This document shows positions 1-10,044 of a stretch of DNA of 64,000 nt, piece by piece. A program made the translations under genes and the position numbers. Source of the DNA: Bdellovibrionales bacterium (GTDB lineage: Bacteria > Bdellovibrionota > Bdellovibrionia > Bdellovibrionales > JAGQZY01). The stretch spans positions 160,001 to 224,000 of the forward strand of contig JANPLN010000015.1 in assembly GCA_031426555.1 (NCBI GenBank), in the 5' to 3' direction. Within the stretch, counting starts at the first letter, position 1; each line of letters begins with the position of its first letter. A model generated the notes under the pieces. That model was given only the letters and a program-made list of their open reading frames with translations. It was not told where the DNA came from and did not search any database.

Positions 1-1
1 G

Positions 2-268
2 GCGCCGGTGGATGTGTTTGATCTGGTCCGTTGCATTGCGGTTGCCCGAATTTTGATGCCACAATCGAAGGTGCGTTTATCAGCCGGGCGAATCAATTTG
101 TCGCGCGAAGGGCAAGCTCTGGCATTTTTCGCTGGAGCAAATTCGATCTTTCTGGGAGAAAAACTTCTCACCCGAGACAATCCCGAGTCGTTAGAGGATC
201 AAAAACTTTTTGCCGATCTTGGTGTGCAGTTTACTGAATCAGCATCGATGCAGACACCTTTACAATAG
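2..268 (+). CDS. bioB: Biotin synthase, C-terminal fragment (truncated by window edge)
   Basis: C-terminal BioB motifs ([31 protein letters not shown]); directly upstream of bioF. Confidence 0.93.
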   Translation, partial: APVDVFDLVRCIAVARILMPQSKVRLSAGRINLSREGQALAFFAGANSIFLGEKLLTRDNPESLEDQKLFADLGVQFTESASMQTPLQ

Positions 269-285
269 CGAGGAAACTTGAGACG

Positions 286-1401
286 ATGAATATTCACCTC
301 CTGCAAAAACTCCAGCAGCACGAAGAGCAAAATCTCACGCGCTCGCTGCAAGAGCCCATCGGCGTCGATTTTTGCTCCAATGATTATTTATCCTTTGTCG
401 CTGATCCCATCTTACAAAAAAGAATTTACGAAAACTTAGCAGCCGTAGCCAGCGGCTCCACCAGCTCGCGGTTGATCCGAGGACAGTACCCGCAGTTAAC
501 TGACCTTGAGTCGCGCCTCGCGCACTGGTCGTCGCGCGAAACTGCGATCTACTTTTCGTCGGGCTACCAAGCCAATTTGGCGGCAATGACGGCGCTGCTC
601 GACGAAGAGTCCATGGTTTTTTCGGACGAAAGCAATCACGCTTCTCTCGTTGACGGAATTCGGTTGTCTAAAAGCGACAAAATTATTTTCAAGCACAATG
701 ATCTGTTGGATCTCGAAGAAAGGCTTTCTGTAAAAACTGTTAAAAATAAAATTGTTGTTATCGAAAGCCTATATAGTATGCGGGGCGACCGCGCACCGCT
801 CAAGCAGGTAAGCGAGCTGTGCCAAAAGCACAATGCTCTCTTGGTGGTGGATGAAGCCCATGCTACGGGGTTGTACGGAGCGGGACTGGTTCAGCTTCAG
901 AGCCTCCAATCACAAGTGCTGATGACCATTCATTGCGCCGGAAAATCTCTTGGAGTCGGTGGGGCTTGGATCGCGTGCGATGCGATCACCAAAGAGTATT
1001 TGGTTAATTTTTCGCGGCCTCTGATTTACTCCACGGCGCCTTCGCCGTTACTCGCTTCGGCGCTCACTACGGCCTTAGATTATTGGGATGACGTTGGTGC
1101 GGGTCGTGCGGAGTTGTGTTTACAAAAAATGCGTGAGTTCAAACAGAAGTTAGAACAGTTTATGAATCCTGAGATTCTGTCGGGCGACGGGCCCATCCTC
1201 TATTTTCAGTTGGGAGAAAATTTGCAAGCTCTTCACTGGGCCCAGTATCTTCAGTTCAATGGGTTTGACGTGCGCGCCATTCGCTATCCAACGGTTCCGC
1301 AGGGGCAAGCCGGCCTGCGAATATCTCTGCACGCCAGCCAGGCTCCCGATGATATTCAGGACCTCATTCGCTGCCTCCGCGAACGGGTGTTGGCGTGTTA
1401 A
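286..1401 (+). CDS. bioF: 8-amino-7-oxononanoate synthase
   Basis: DFCSNDYL, FSSGYQAN, NHASLVDG, DEAHATG, GKSLG (PLP lysine), AIRYPTVP; biotin operon context. Confidence 0.93.
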   Translation: MNIHLLQKLQQHEEQNLTRSLQEPIGVDFCSNDYLSFVADPILQKRIYENLAAVASGSTSSRLIRGQYPQLTDLESRLAHWSSRETAIYFSSGYQANLAAMTALLDEESMVFSDESNHASLVDGIRLSKSDKIIFKHNDLLDLEERLSVKTVKNKIVVIESLYSMRGDRAPLKQVSELCQKHNALLVVDEAHATGLYGAGLVQLQSLQSQVLMTIHCAGKSLGVGGAWIACDAITKEYLVNFSRPLIYSTAPSPLLASALTTALDYWDDVGAGRAELCLQKMREFKQKLEQFMNPEILSGDGPILYFQLGENLQALHWAQYLQFNGFDVRAIRYPTVPQGQAGLRISLHASQAPDDIQDLIRCLRERVLAC

Positions 1402-3371
1402 AGCCCCGGGGAATTTTTATCACTGGCACTGACACTGGGGTGGGAAAAACGTTTGTGTCTGCTCTGTTATGCCAGGTCTTAAAAAAACATAAAGAGATTT
1501 GCTACTGGAAGCCCGTGCAAAGCGGGTATCAAGAGGATGACGAGACGACAGACGACACAACCACTGTTGTTGGGTGCGCCCAATTGACTGAAGCCCAGTG
1601 GTGTGCGCCCTCGTACCGCTTGCTTGCGCCTTTGTCTCCCGATCGGGCCGCAGAATTAGAAAACATTGTTGTGGACGAAAAAAAAATCCTGGAAGATTTT
1701 AAGGGGCTGGGAAATCGGTTTTTAATTTTGGAAGGCGCAGGTGGCTTGGAAGTGCCCCTCAACCAAACGACTCGCTTATCGGCGTTGATCAAGAAAATAA
1801 ATCTACCTGTTGTGGTGGTGGCCTCCACTCGCTTAGGAACGATTAATCACACTTTGTTAACTGTGCAGCGGGCGCAGAGTTTGGGCTTGCAAGTTTTAGG
1901 CGTCTTCCTCAATGGCCCCGAAGACCCAGGGCTCGAAGCAGTCCTGCAGCGCGAGGGTATTTCGATACTGCTTTCAATTCCTCAGTTTGATGGCGACGAC
2001 AAAGTCGGCGACGAAGCTCCGACTGCAGCTGTGGATAACTTTCTGCAAACGGTGGAAAATAAAATTTTAGATATTTTTAAGGATTCAGAATTACAAGACA
2101 ATATAAGTCACATCGATCGTGAGCACATTTGGCATCCCTTCACGCAGCATGGCTTTGACAACGATTTTCCAGTGGTGGTGTCTGGTGCCGGCAGCTTGCT
2201 CAAGCTAGCAAATGGCGAAGAGCTCATCGACGGGATTTCTTCATGGTGGGTCAACATTCACGGCCATGCGAATCCGACGCTGGCAAACGCGCTCACTCGG
2301 CAAGCCAACACCTTAGAGCATGTGATCTTTTCGGGCTACACCCATCAGCCGGCCAGTGAGTTAACTCAACGACTCGTGGGCAAATTAAAATCAGTGAATC
2401 CTGAATTGAAGCGCGTGTTTTTTTCGGACAACGGTTCCACCGCCGTGGAAGTGGCGCTGAAAATGGCGTATCAATTTCAAATTCAGAGTGGGCAAACTGC
2501 ACGTAAAAAATTTTTGGCTCTTAAAGGTTCGTATCATGGAGACACCTTGGCAGCCATGTCGGTGAGCGAGCGCGAAGGATTCCATCAGGTGTTCACACCG
2601 TTGATGGCACCCGTGGACTTTGCACAGCCCGATGATTTGCAAGAACTCGAACGATTAGATTTTTCGAAATATGCGGCAGTTATTTTTGAACCCTTAGTGC
2701 AGGGGGCTGGTGGAATGAAGTTTCACTCAGCGGCGTATTTGCAAAAGCTCTGCTCGAAAGCTCGAGAGGCTGGCGTGGTGATTGTGGCCGATGAGATTTT
2801 TACTGGGTTTTATCGAACGGGAAGTTATTTTGCGTGTGAGACAGCGGGAGTTCGGCCAGATGTGATGTGTCTTTCCAAAGGCATAACCGGTGGCTTTTTA
2901 CCGCTTGCAGTGACCGTGGCCAGTGAACATATTTTTTCGGCTTTTAAGGCCAACGATATGTCTCAAGCATTTTTGCACGGCCATTCCTATACGGGCAATC
3001 CTTTGTCCTGTGCGGTGGCTGTGGCGTCCATGGATCTGCTTGAAAACGCGGACGTTGTGCGACAGGTACAAAATATAGTTCGTTGGACGAAGGACGAAAT
3101 TAAGGCCTTGCACGAGCTCCCGATGGTGAGTGGGGCTCGAGCACTGGGGACCATTGGTGCATTTGAAATCAAAGACTCCGGCAATTATTTGCATAGCGGG
3201 CTGTTTGCTAAGCGCTTTGCAAAAGCCTGTGAGGCTCGGGGCGTATTACTGCGGCCCCTCGGCGGCACGGTGTACTGTGTTCCACCGTACTCGACAACGC
3301 AAAGGCAATTTCAACAAATTTACACAGCGATTCGCGACACACTTTTTGATGTGGAAAGAGGTTTGATATGA
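1395..3371 (+). CDS. bioDA: Fused dethiobiotin synthetase / DAPA aminotransferase (BioD-BioA)
   Basis: N-terminal FITGTDTGVGKT P-loop, EGAGG and LGTINHTLL (BioD); C-terminal WHPFTQ, DGISSWW, YHGDT, EPLVQGAGGM, ADEIFTG, SKGITGG (BioA); one continuous 658 aa ORF. Confidence 0.93.
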   Translation: MLKPRGIFITGTDTGVGKTFVSALLCQVLKKHKEICYWKPVQSGYQEDDETTDDTTTVVGCAQLTEAQWCAPSYRLLAPLSPDRAAELENIVVDEKKILEDFKGLGNRFLILEGAGGLEVPLNQTTRLSALIKKINLPVVVVASTRLGTINHTLLTVQRAQSLGLQVLGVFLNGPEDPGLEAVLQREGISILLSIPQFDGDDKVGDEAPTAAVDNFLQTVENKILDIFKDSELQDNISHIDREHIWHPFTQHGFDNDFPVVVSGAGSLLKLANGEELIDGISSWWVNIHGHANPTLANALTRQANTLEHVIFSGYTHQPASELTQRLVGKLKSVNPELKRVFFSDNGSTAVEVALKMAYQFQIQSGQTARKKFLALKGSYHGDTLAAMSVSEREGFHQVFTPLMAPVDFAQPDDLQELERLDFSKYAAVIFEPLVQGAGGMKFHSAAYLQKLCSKAREAGVVIVADEIFTGFYRTGSYFACETAGVRPDVMCLSKGITGGFLPLAVTVASEHIFSAFKANDMSQAFLHGHSYTGNPLSCAVAVASMDLLENADVVRQVQNIVRWTKDEIKALHELPMVSGARALGTIGAFEIKDSGNYLHSGLFAKRFAKACEARGVLLRPLGGTVYCVPPYSTTQRQFQQIYTAIRDTLFDVERGLI

Positions 3372-4003
3372 CGGGATGGCAAAAGGTTTTAACAGATGTC
3401 GTTAACCGGCCAGAGATTCACGGGCGATTTTTAAACACGCTGAGCCTTCTCGAGTACATCGGGGCTCGGAAAATTATGAAAAGCCAGGACGAAGCGCGTA
3501 TCACGCCCATAACACTGGCCCATATGACCGAAGAAATTCGCCATGCGCAAATTATAAAAAAGCTCGCGCTGAAAGTTGGCGGTGACGGTGTAAAGACGTA
3601 CTCCGAAGACAGCCTCATCTGTGGTCATGAGGCCCGCGCTTACATTCAAGCCATTGATTCTGCAGCGGCGTCGGTTGTTGGGCCGAAAAATTCGTGGATT
3701 AATTATTTATTAACGACATTAGTGATCGAGGAGCGTGCCCAGGAGCTGTATCCGTTCTACGACGAGCTTTTAATTCCCCTTGGACTGGGTGGTCCCTTAA
3801 GAGCCATATTCCGCGAGGAAGAAGGGCATCTTGAACAAGTGATCACGGCGCTCAAAGAAAACGGCAAAATTACAGAAACTCAGCTTGAACTGGTTCGGCA
3901 GGAAGAACGGATTTACTTCACTACATTTTTTGCAGCCGTTGCAGAGAGGATGCTGGAAACGCCCGGCACCCTGTCTGAACATAAGACTACGATTTTGTCT
4001 TGA
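3368..4003 (+). CDS. Ferritin-like diiron protein, BioE-like (putative pimeloyl-precursor-forming enzyme)
   Basis: E..ExxH..E..ExxH pattern (LEYIG, EEIRH, IEERA, EEEGH); ATGA overlap with the bioDA stop. Confidence 0.65.
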   Translation: MTGWQKVLTDVVNRPEIHGRFLNTLSLLEYIGARKIMKSQDEARITPITLAHMTEEIRHAQIIKKLALKVGGDGVKTYSEDSLICGHEARAYIQAIDSAAASVVGPKNSWINYLLTTLVIEERAQELYPFYDELLIPLGLGGPLRAIFREEEGHLEQVITALKENGKITETQLELVRQEERIYFTTFFAAVAERMLETPGTLSEHKTTILS

Positions 4004-4586
4004 TAGAAAATGCGAGGTCGATGTTATTTTTAATAACTTTGTCTTTGGCCGATTTTACAAGATCAGGAACAAAAGATTTTGAATTATATTTCACATCAAA
4101 CTTCGTGCGATCCAATTCAAGTTTACCACTGGCCATCATAACAGCACCATCTTTTTTAACAGTTACTGGAATTTTCACTGCTGCAGTTTTTCCACGAATG
4201 GTGGCATTCCCCTCAAAGGTTTGCTCTGTGGCCGTTTTTGCAGTCACCTTGGTGATTACAAATTTAGCTTCTTTGTGGTTTGCCACATCAAAAAAATCTG
4301 CAGACTTTAGATGACCCACTAACTTTGCATTCATTGCAGCGTCGCTGAGATCTGTGTTCTTGATGGAATCCATGTCAACCGTAAACTCACCGCCGGTGAT
4401 CTTATCGCCATCAACAGTTAAAAAACCGTTAGATAAGGCAACAGTTCCCGAGTGCTTATCGCTTAAAAATTCTTTACCACCAGTCCAATTAATTGTGCTG
4501 GCTGTTGTATCAATCATTTTTTGTGCAGGTGCCGCCAAGGCAACCGCTGGAACAAAAGCTAATAGCGCTACTACTTTTTTAAACAT
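3987..4586 (-). CDS. YceI family periplasmic lipid/polyisoprenoid-binding protein
   Basis: Signal peptide (AVALA); STINWTG, GEFTVDMDSI, HLKSADFFDV, LDRTKFDVKY. Confidence 0.88.
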   Translation of the reverse strand: MFKKVVALLAFVPAVALAAPAQKMIDTTASTINWTGGKEFLSDKHSGTVALSNGFLTVDGDKITGGEFTVDMDSIKNTDLSDAAMNAKLVGHLKSADFFDVANHKEAKFVITKVTAKTATEQTFEGNATIRGKTAAVKIPVTVKKDGAVMMASGKLELDRTKFDVKYNSKSFVPDLVKSAKDKVIKNNIDLAFSIKTKS

Positions 4587-4600
4587 TACTTTCTCCTTTT

Positions 4601-5023
4601 TTATCTCTCTAACATCGAGAGGTTTTTTTTTAATGAATCACGAATTTCTCTCAAGAGGAGAACGTCCTCAGGAGTTGGTGCCGGGGTCGGTGTCGACACT
4701 GGCGGAGCTTTTTTCATCCGGTTCATCATTTTGATGACGGCGAAGAGGCAAAAAGCCACGATGACAAAATCAAGAACAGTTTGCAGAAAAAAACCATACC
4801 CAATGGCAACTTCTCCTTTACCATCAGCACCGGCTTCAACGATGACTGCTTTTAAACTCGTAAAGTCCACGCCGCCCATCAAAACGCCGATGATTGGCAT
4901 TAAAATTTTATCGACCATGGAGGAAACGATTTTACCAAAAGCGCCACCGATGATAACACCGACAGCAAGGTCAACCACATTGCCCTTCATTGCAAACTCT
5001 TTAAACTCTTTCACTACGCTCAC
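4601..5023 (-). CDS. mscL: Large-conductance mechanosensitive channel
   Basis: [29 protein letters not shown] and LLREIRD. Confidence 0.97.
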   Translation of the reverse strand: MSVVKEFKEFAMKGNVVDLAVGVIIGGAFGKIVSSMVDKILMPIIGVLMGGVDFTSLKAVIVEAGADGKGEVAIGYGFFLQTVLDFVIVAFCLFAVIKMMNRMKKAPPVSTPTPAPTPEDVLLLREIRDSLKKNLSMLER

Positions 5024-5128
5024 GCTTACTCCTTGTTTAGCACCACGGCAAACATACTATGCTAGTATTTTCGTTGAAAGCAAGAAATGAGCTCGTTATA
5101 GTTTAGATGCATATCTCAGGAGGATTTC

Positions 5129-7939
5129 ATGGTTCGATTTTTGTGTTTCAGTCTCGTGTTCATTGTTAGTTCATGTTCAATAAGTAAGCAGCCCAGCGTC
5201 AATTCGCAAAATATCAACGGAATGGAATTTTCCTCTTTGGTTTTACCAAACCAGTTGGATGTATTGATCGTGTCTGATGCACGTTTTAAAAAATCGTCTG
5301 CGGCTATGGCTGTTGCCGTGGGCTCCCTCGAGGATCCCGAGGACGCTCAGGGTATGGCGCATTATCTAGAGCACATGTTATTTTTGGGCACCAAAGAATT
5401 TCCGAAATCAGACGAATATTCAACGTTCATGGAAACCAACGGTGGTTGGGACAATGCCTATACCTCCGATGAAGTAACCAACTACATGTTCGAAGTGGAC
5501 AACCAAGCCATTAACGGGGCTCTCCATCGGTTTTCTCGGTTTTTTAGTTCGCCGCTTTTTGATGCTACGTATCTTGAGCGAGAAAAGAATGCGGTAAATA
5601 GCGAATTCGAAAAGAACATCAAACAAGATGGCTGGCGCGTGGATCGGTATATTAATTCTCTCGCTGGGCAAGCCCACCCGTATCGAAAATTTAGCACAGG
5701 CAACGTCAAAACACTGAAGGCTGTCACTCGCGAAAATGTAATTACTTTTTATAAAAAGTACTACTCCGCAAATAACATGAAGCTGGTGGTCATGAGTTCA
5801 CTTCCTACCAAGGAGATCCGCGCGCAGGTGACAAAGTATTTTTCGGATGTTCCCAATTTTAATACGACCAAACCAGTTTATCAGGATGCATTTTTCGATG
5901 CGAAGCTTCAGCAACATTTGCACTTTATTAAGACCATTAATGATAAAGAGGAAATGACGATTTTATTCAACGTTCCCGATGAGACTCAGTTTTGGAAAAC
6001 AAAGCCATTGGCAATTATCAGTAAGCTTTTGGGTGATGAGGGCCCCGGTTCCGTTTTATCGGTGCTGAAAAAGGAGGGCTTAGCTCTCGAGATGGCTGTG
6101 AGTCAAGACTTCTGGCGCACACTTTCTGTGGATGTAACACTCACCCCAAAGGGTCGAAAGCAGTACCAGAGAGTTCTCTCTGTGATCGAAAAGTACATGC
6201 AACATATGCGCGAGCAAAAATATCCTGAATATATTTTTAAAGATGAAAGCGCTGTGCGCAAAATCGCCTTGGACAATCTGGAGCCGTCGTCTTCGGGTCA
6301 GCGGGCAGCAAGTTTTGCAAAAAGCCTTATCGATTTTCCGGCCAAGGACTTTTTAGCTAGAAACTATTTGATTCAAGAATATTCTCCCAAAGATTTTCAG
6401 TTATTTTTGGATATGTTGGATTTTAAAAAAGCACACGTTCTGATCCTCGGTAAAAACGAAAAGACCAATCGCAAAGAGTCTATCTTTGGGGTTGAGTATC
6501 AGCAGGCAAAACTCGACTTTCCGGTTCTAAAGACCCAGTTGGCGTTAAAATACCCAGAGGAAAATAAATACATTCCTACTGATTTTTCTTTGATTGCCGG
6601 AAAACGCGTGGTCACCGAGCCGCAGACCAAGAAAACTCCCTCTGGCACTGAAATCTTCGTGCGCACAGATACGGAACTGGGTGTGGCTAAATCCACCATT
6701 CGCTTTACAATTCAAGGAGCCGCCGCCACAACCGCGCGCGAGGCGGCGTTGTTGGCTCTTTTCGTTATGGGGAAGGAAGAGGAGCTTCGTGAATGGTCCT
6801 ATCCAATCTCCGAAGCCGGAGCACGCTTTGATTTAAGCTCTGGCGAAATTCCCCGCGAAATGGTCATCACGGTTTCGGGTTACAGCCAAAGATTGAAGGA
6901 AATTTTTCGCGACGGAGTGGGCAGCGCCAGCACCAATCGCCAACTGCAAGTTATGAATATCAGTAATGCTACCTTCGAAGATATGAAACTGCGCTTTGTG
7001 CGCGACCTTTCAAATCTCGAAGAGGCCGTGGCTGCCAATCGTTTGAGTGTCGAAGTCAGACACATGCAAAATGCCCAGTCTGTTCATTGGAAAGAGCTTT
7101 TAAAAGAAGTTCGTAAGGCACGCATCGACGAAGTGAAGGCTTTTGCAAAAAAGTTTTTTTCGAAAATTTCTGTTCGTGCTATTGCCTATGGAAACATCGA
7201 CTTGCAAAGCGTTGAGGGCATGCTGAGTTTGTTGCCGCTGGCAGAGGGGGAGCTGGAAAAAATAAAATACCGAGTTGTACCCGAACAAAAAACCTACTCG
7301 GGTCCAATCAAGGGTCAGAATAACAATCATGCAATGATCACAATGTACAATATGGCTCCGTGGTCCGTGGAAAATCACGCGCGAGTTCTTGTGCTGAGTC
7401 AGCTTGTGTCTCAACCCTATTTTTCTGAGCTCAGAACAAATCAGCAGCTAGGTTATGTGGCTCGCGCTGGCGGCGTTCATCAAAGCGGCTTTGTGGGGTT
7501 GAGTTCCATGTTGCAATCGCCAAAAGTGGCGTCGGTGACCTTGCAGGAAAAGTCCCATGCGTTTTTAGTGCAGTTCCTGCAACAAAAAATAGGGACTTTA
7601 ACAGATGCAGAGTTAAAGCCGATTTTAAGCTCCATCGAAAATGAGCTATTGATGCAGCCGACCACTCTTCCCGAGCGCGAAGCTGAGTTTTTTCAGGCAG
7701 CGGTAAAATATGAAGGACGCTTTACGATTCGCAAGGATATCGCGGCGGCGGTCAAAAAAATCAATGCTCAACAGATGAAGGAATTTATAGAAGCCCATTT
7801 TTTAAAGCAAAATCCAGCCACGGTCTCACTTTTTTACTTTGGAACTGGATCAAATTTGGATAAGAAAAAGCTACCGGGCAATATTTTTGAAAAGACGGAT
7901 GACGTGGCATGGGATGTGGTAAATCCCTATGTGCGCTAA
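5129..7939 (+). CDS. M16 (insulinase/pitrilysin-like) zinc metallopeptidase, probable lipoprotein
   Basis: Inverted zinc motif HYLEH in GMAHYLEHMLFLGT; NAYTS; ELRTNQQLGY; lipobox-like IVSSC. Confidence 0.9.
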   Translation: MVRFLCFSLVFIVSSCSISKQPSVNSQNINGMEFSSLVLPNQLDVLIVSDARFKKSSAAMAVAVGSLEDPEDAQGMAHYLEHMLFLGTKEFPKSDEYSTFMETNGGWDNAYTSDEVTNYMFEVDNQAINGALHRFSRFFSSPLFDATYLEREKNAVNSEFEKNIKQDGWRVDRYINSLAGQAHPYRKFSTGNVKTLKAVTRENVITFYKKYYSANNMKLVVMSSLPTKEIRAQVTKYFSDVPNFNTTKPVYQDAFFDAKLQQHLHFIKTINDKEEMTILFNVPDETQFWKTKPLAIISKLLGDEGPGSVLSVLKKEGLALEMAVSQDFWRTLSVDVTLTPKGRKQYQRVLSVIEKYMQHMREQKYPEYIFKDESAVRKIALDNLEPSSSGQRAASFAKSLIDFPAKDFLARNYLIQEYSPKDFQLFLDMLDFKKAHVLILGKNEKTNRKESIFGVEYQQAKLDFPVLKTQLALKYPEENKYIPTDFSLIAGKRVVTEPQTKKTPSGTEIFVRTDTELGVAKSTIRFTIQGAAATTAREAALLALFVMGKEEELREWSYPISEAGARFDLSSGEIPREMVITVSGYSQRLKEIFRDGVGSASTNRQLQVMNISNATFEDMKLRFVRDLSNLEEAVAANRLSVEVRHMQNAQSVHWKELLKEVRKARIDEVKAFAKKFFSKISVRAIAYGNIDLQSVEGMLSLLPLAEGELEKIKYRVVPEQKTYSGPIKGQNNNHAMITMYNMAPWSVENHARVLVLSQLVSQPYFSELRTNQQLGYVARAGGVHQSGFVGLSSMLQSPKVASVTLQEKSHAFLVQFLQQKIGTLTDAELKPILSSIENELLMQPTTLPEREAEFFQAAVKYEGRFTIRKDIAAAVKKINAQQMKEFIEAHFLKQNPATVSLFYFGTGSNLDKKKLPGNIFEKTDDVAWDVVNPYVR

Positions 7940-7956
7940 GTTTTAACCAGTTAAAA

Positions 7957-8790
7957 TTATACAGGCGCGACGGCTTGCGCCTGCATAAATGAGTACAGGA
8001 AAACAGCGTTGGGATTTTTCTGCGCTTTTTTTAATTCCAACATCCCAGCGTCCACAACCTCTTGCGTAACATAACCTGCTTTTACCAATTGATCGGCCGC
8101 GCTTAATAACAACTCCGCCCAGTATTCAATAATTTTTCGTCGCTTCTCGGGCTGTCGATTGTCTAAATGCCAGGTAATAACTTCGGTTTTTATCTTCTGA
8201 AACCCCACGGCGGATAAAAAGTTGCCTAGCTTCGCGCCCACAAAGGGATCCCCAGCACCGTCAAACTGATAGTCGTTAAAAGCCATCCAATACTTCCATA
8301 AATTCGGAGAGTAGGGATCAAGAAAAAACGACGAGTTGACGACCTCGGTGATGTAAATAACGCCACCGGGACGCAATACACGGCGGACCTCGTTTAAGAT
8401 CTGCAGGGGATCCGGCACGTGCTCTAAGATCCAACAGAGAAAGGCCCCGTCAAAGGAGTGCGCACTAAAATCCATGTTCTGTGCGTCCATTTTTTGAATC
8501 GTATAGCGACCCTTGGCCATCGGTAGCTGCTCAAGGGTCACGTTTGCCGCGGCTAGCTGTTCTTCGTTGAGATCAATTCCAGTGATTTTAATTTTTGGAA
8601 AGCGACGAAGTAGAATGGAGGTTTGAGCACCAACGCCACAACCGACTTCCAATAAATTTTGCACTTCGGTTAAATCAACGTTCTTATACACCGTGTGTTC
8701 AGCGAATTCGGCCTGGCGCATGAGCCGATCTTGTTCGAGGGGCGAGTAGCCATGCAGGTACGGAAGAGAATTTTGGTCTTTTTTGCTCAT
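7957..8790 (-). CDS. Class I SAM-dependent methyltransferase
   Basis: LEVGCGVG, GIDLN, LEHVPDP, RVLRPGG. Confidence 0.9.
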   Translation of the reverse strand: MSKKDQNSLPYLHGYSPLEQDRLMRQAEFAEHTVYKNVDLTEVQNLLEVGCGVGAQTSILLRRFPKIKITGIDLNEEQLAAANVTLEQLPMAKGRYTIQKMDAQNMDFSAHSFDGAFLCWILEHVPDPLQILNEVRRVLRPGGVIYITEVVNSSFFLDPYSPNLWKYWMAFNDYQFDGAGDPFVGAKLGNFLSAVGFQKIKTEVITWHLDNRQPEKRRKIIEYWAELLLSAADQLVKAGYVTQEVVDAGMLELKKAQKNPNAVFLYSFMQAQAVAPV

Positions 8791-8825
8791 GATTTACAGT
8801 TAAAGGAGAATTCCAACCTCTGCAA

Positions 8826-8863
8826 CTAAAAGAAACATGGGCCACGGGGGACCCATGTTTTTT
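8826..8863 (-). terminator. Probable intrinsic terminator after the 8881-9075 gene
   Basis: AAACATGGG...CCCATGTTT hairpin followed by T-rich sequence on the minus strand. Confidence 0.6.
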
Positions 8864-8880
8864 CACTTATAAAAGGAGAA

Positions 8881-9075
8881 TTAAGCGTTTTCAGCCGGGG
8901 CTGCCTCAGCTGGCGCTTCCTTTTTCTTTGGGGGCGCTTTAAATAAGCCTTCCTTCGTCAGAATCTCAATTTTTTTCTCTGCGTTGATCCACTTGTTTTG
9001 GGTATCTAAAACGCAATAACGGCCACTCGATTTTTTGAATACTTTGTATTCTTTTGTCTCTTTAACCTTTTCCAT
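8881..9075 (-). CDS. Small basic hypothetical protein (64 aa)
   Basis: Strong GAGGAG RBS; Lys-rich sequence; followed by a hairpin terminator. Confidence 0.75.
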   Translation of the reverse strand: MEKVKETKEYKVFKKSSGRYCVLDTQNKWINAEKKIEILTKEGLFKAPPKKKEAPAEAAPAENA

Positions 9076-9214
9076 TTTTACTCCTCAATAGGGTTGAGCT
9101 TTGCACAAGTACCCAGCAAATGGGTCTTGGTCAAGGAAGCGAAGGCGTCTTGAATACTATTATTTGCGAGCCTCCCGGTTGATTTGCTCAAAATTATGGA
9201 TAAAAATATGAGTT

Positions 9215-10042
9215 ATGAAAAAAATACCGTATTTTTTAATGTTGCTTACTTTTGCTTCGACGTTCGGTTGCAGTAAAATTGATCCGGGCAATCGCTCTAA
9301 AACCATCAAAGAGTTGATGGCGAACCGTTATACGGTGAGGTCGTACGACACCGACAAGAATGTTTCCGAAAAAGATCTTAAGATGATATTGGAAGCTGGC
9401 TTGGTATCCCCTTCTAAAAATTTCTTATATCCTTACCGCGCATTTATTCTCAAACAATCCAGTGCAAACGGCAAAGCGGTCATAGATTATCTTTACAAAA
9501 AGGCCACATACTATGACGACCATTGCCTTGCCGAGGGCAATCAAAAAATGAACCACTATCTAACCGCTCTTAAAACTGCGCCAGTCAGCGTCCTTTTTTT
9601 TATGGACGGAGCCCGAGAGAAAGAAAACCCGCTAAACGTGCCTTGGTATGAACTTGAAAGGAGAGCGGCAAGAGACACCATGATTGTGGTCACAGCAATG
9701 ATGCTGCAAGCGGAGCAACTTGGTTACGGCACAACGTTCACGGCGGCCCTCCGTGGCGATTCGCAACTCGTTGGCGACTCCGAGCTTAAAAAGAAGCTGG
9801 GCTTGGACGCAAAACACAATCCGCTAGTGATTCTTTCTTTTGGCACGCCAGTGGCCCCAGAAAAAACTCGTCCAGCCAACTATAAACCATCCCTTGTTAA
9901 ATATGGATGTATCGGAGAGCCGACTTTGGCAACTACGATTCATATTGGAGAAGAAGATGGGAAACCAGCGATGTTACAGTCGATTCACGATGGTCCAACT
10001 CCAAATCGAAAGCCCCGCTGGGAAAACATCAAAGAGCTTTAG
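9215..10042 (+). CDS. Nitroreductase-family flavoprotein with lipoprotein-like N-terminus
   Basis: RYTVRSY, ILEAGLVSPS, TAPV, MMLQAEQLGYGT, ILSFG; signal peptide ending FASTFG-C. Confidence 0.8.
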   Translation: MKKIPYFLMLLTFASTFGCSKIDPGNRSKTIKELMANRYTVRSYDTDKNVSEKDLKMILEAGLVSPSKNFLYPYRAFILKQSSANGKAVIDYLYKKATYYDDHCLAEGNQKMNHYLTALKTAPVSVLFFMDGAREKENPLNVPWYELERRAARDTMIVVTAMMLQAEQLGYGTTFTAALRGDSQLVGDSELKKKLGLDAKHNPLVILSFGTPVAPEKTRPANYKPSLVKYGCIGEPTLATTIHIGEEDGKPAMLQSIHDGPTPNRKPRWENIKEL

Positions 10043-10044
10043 CT

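Noticed and set aside
7957..8790. Methyltransferase as part of the radical SAM cluster
   Set aside because: It is separated from the cluster by a small housekeeping-like gene and a terminator, and looks like an ordinary class I MTase. No sequence evidence links it to the cluster.
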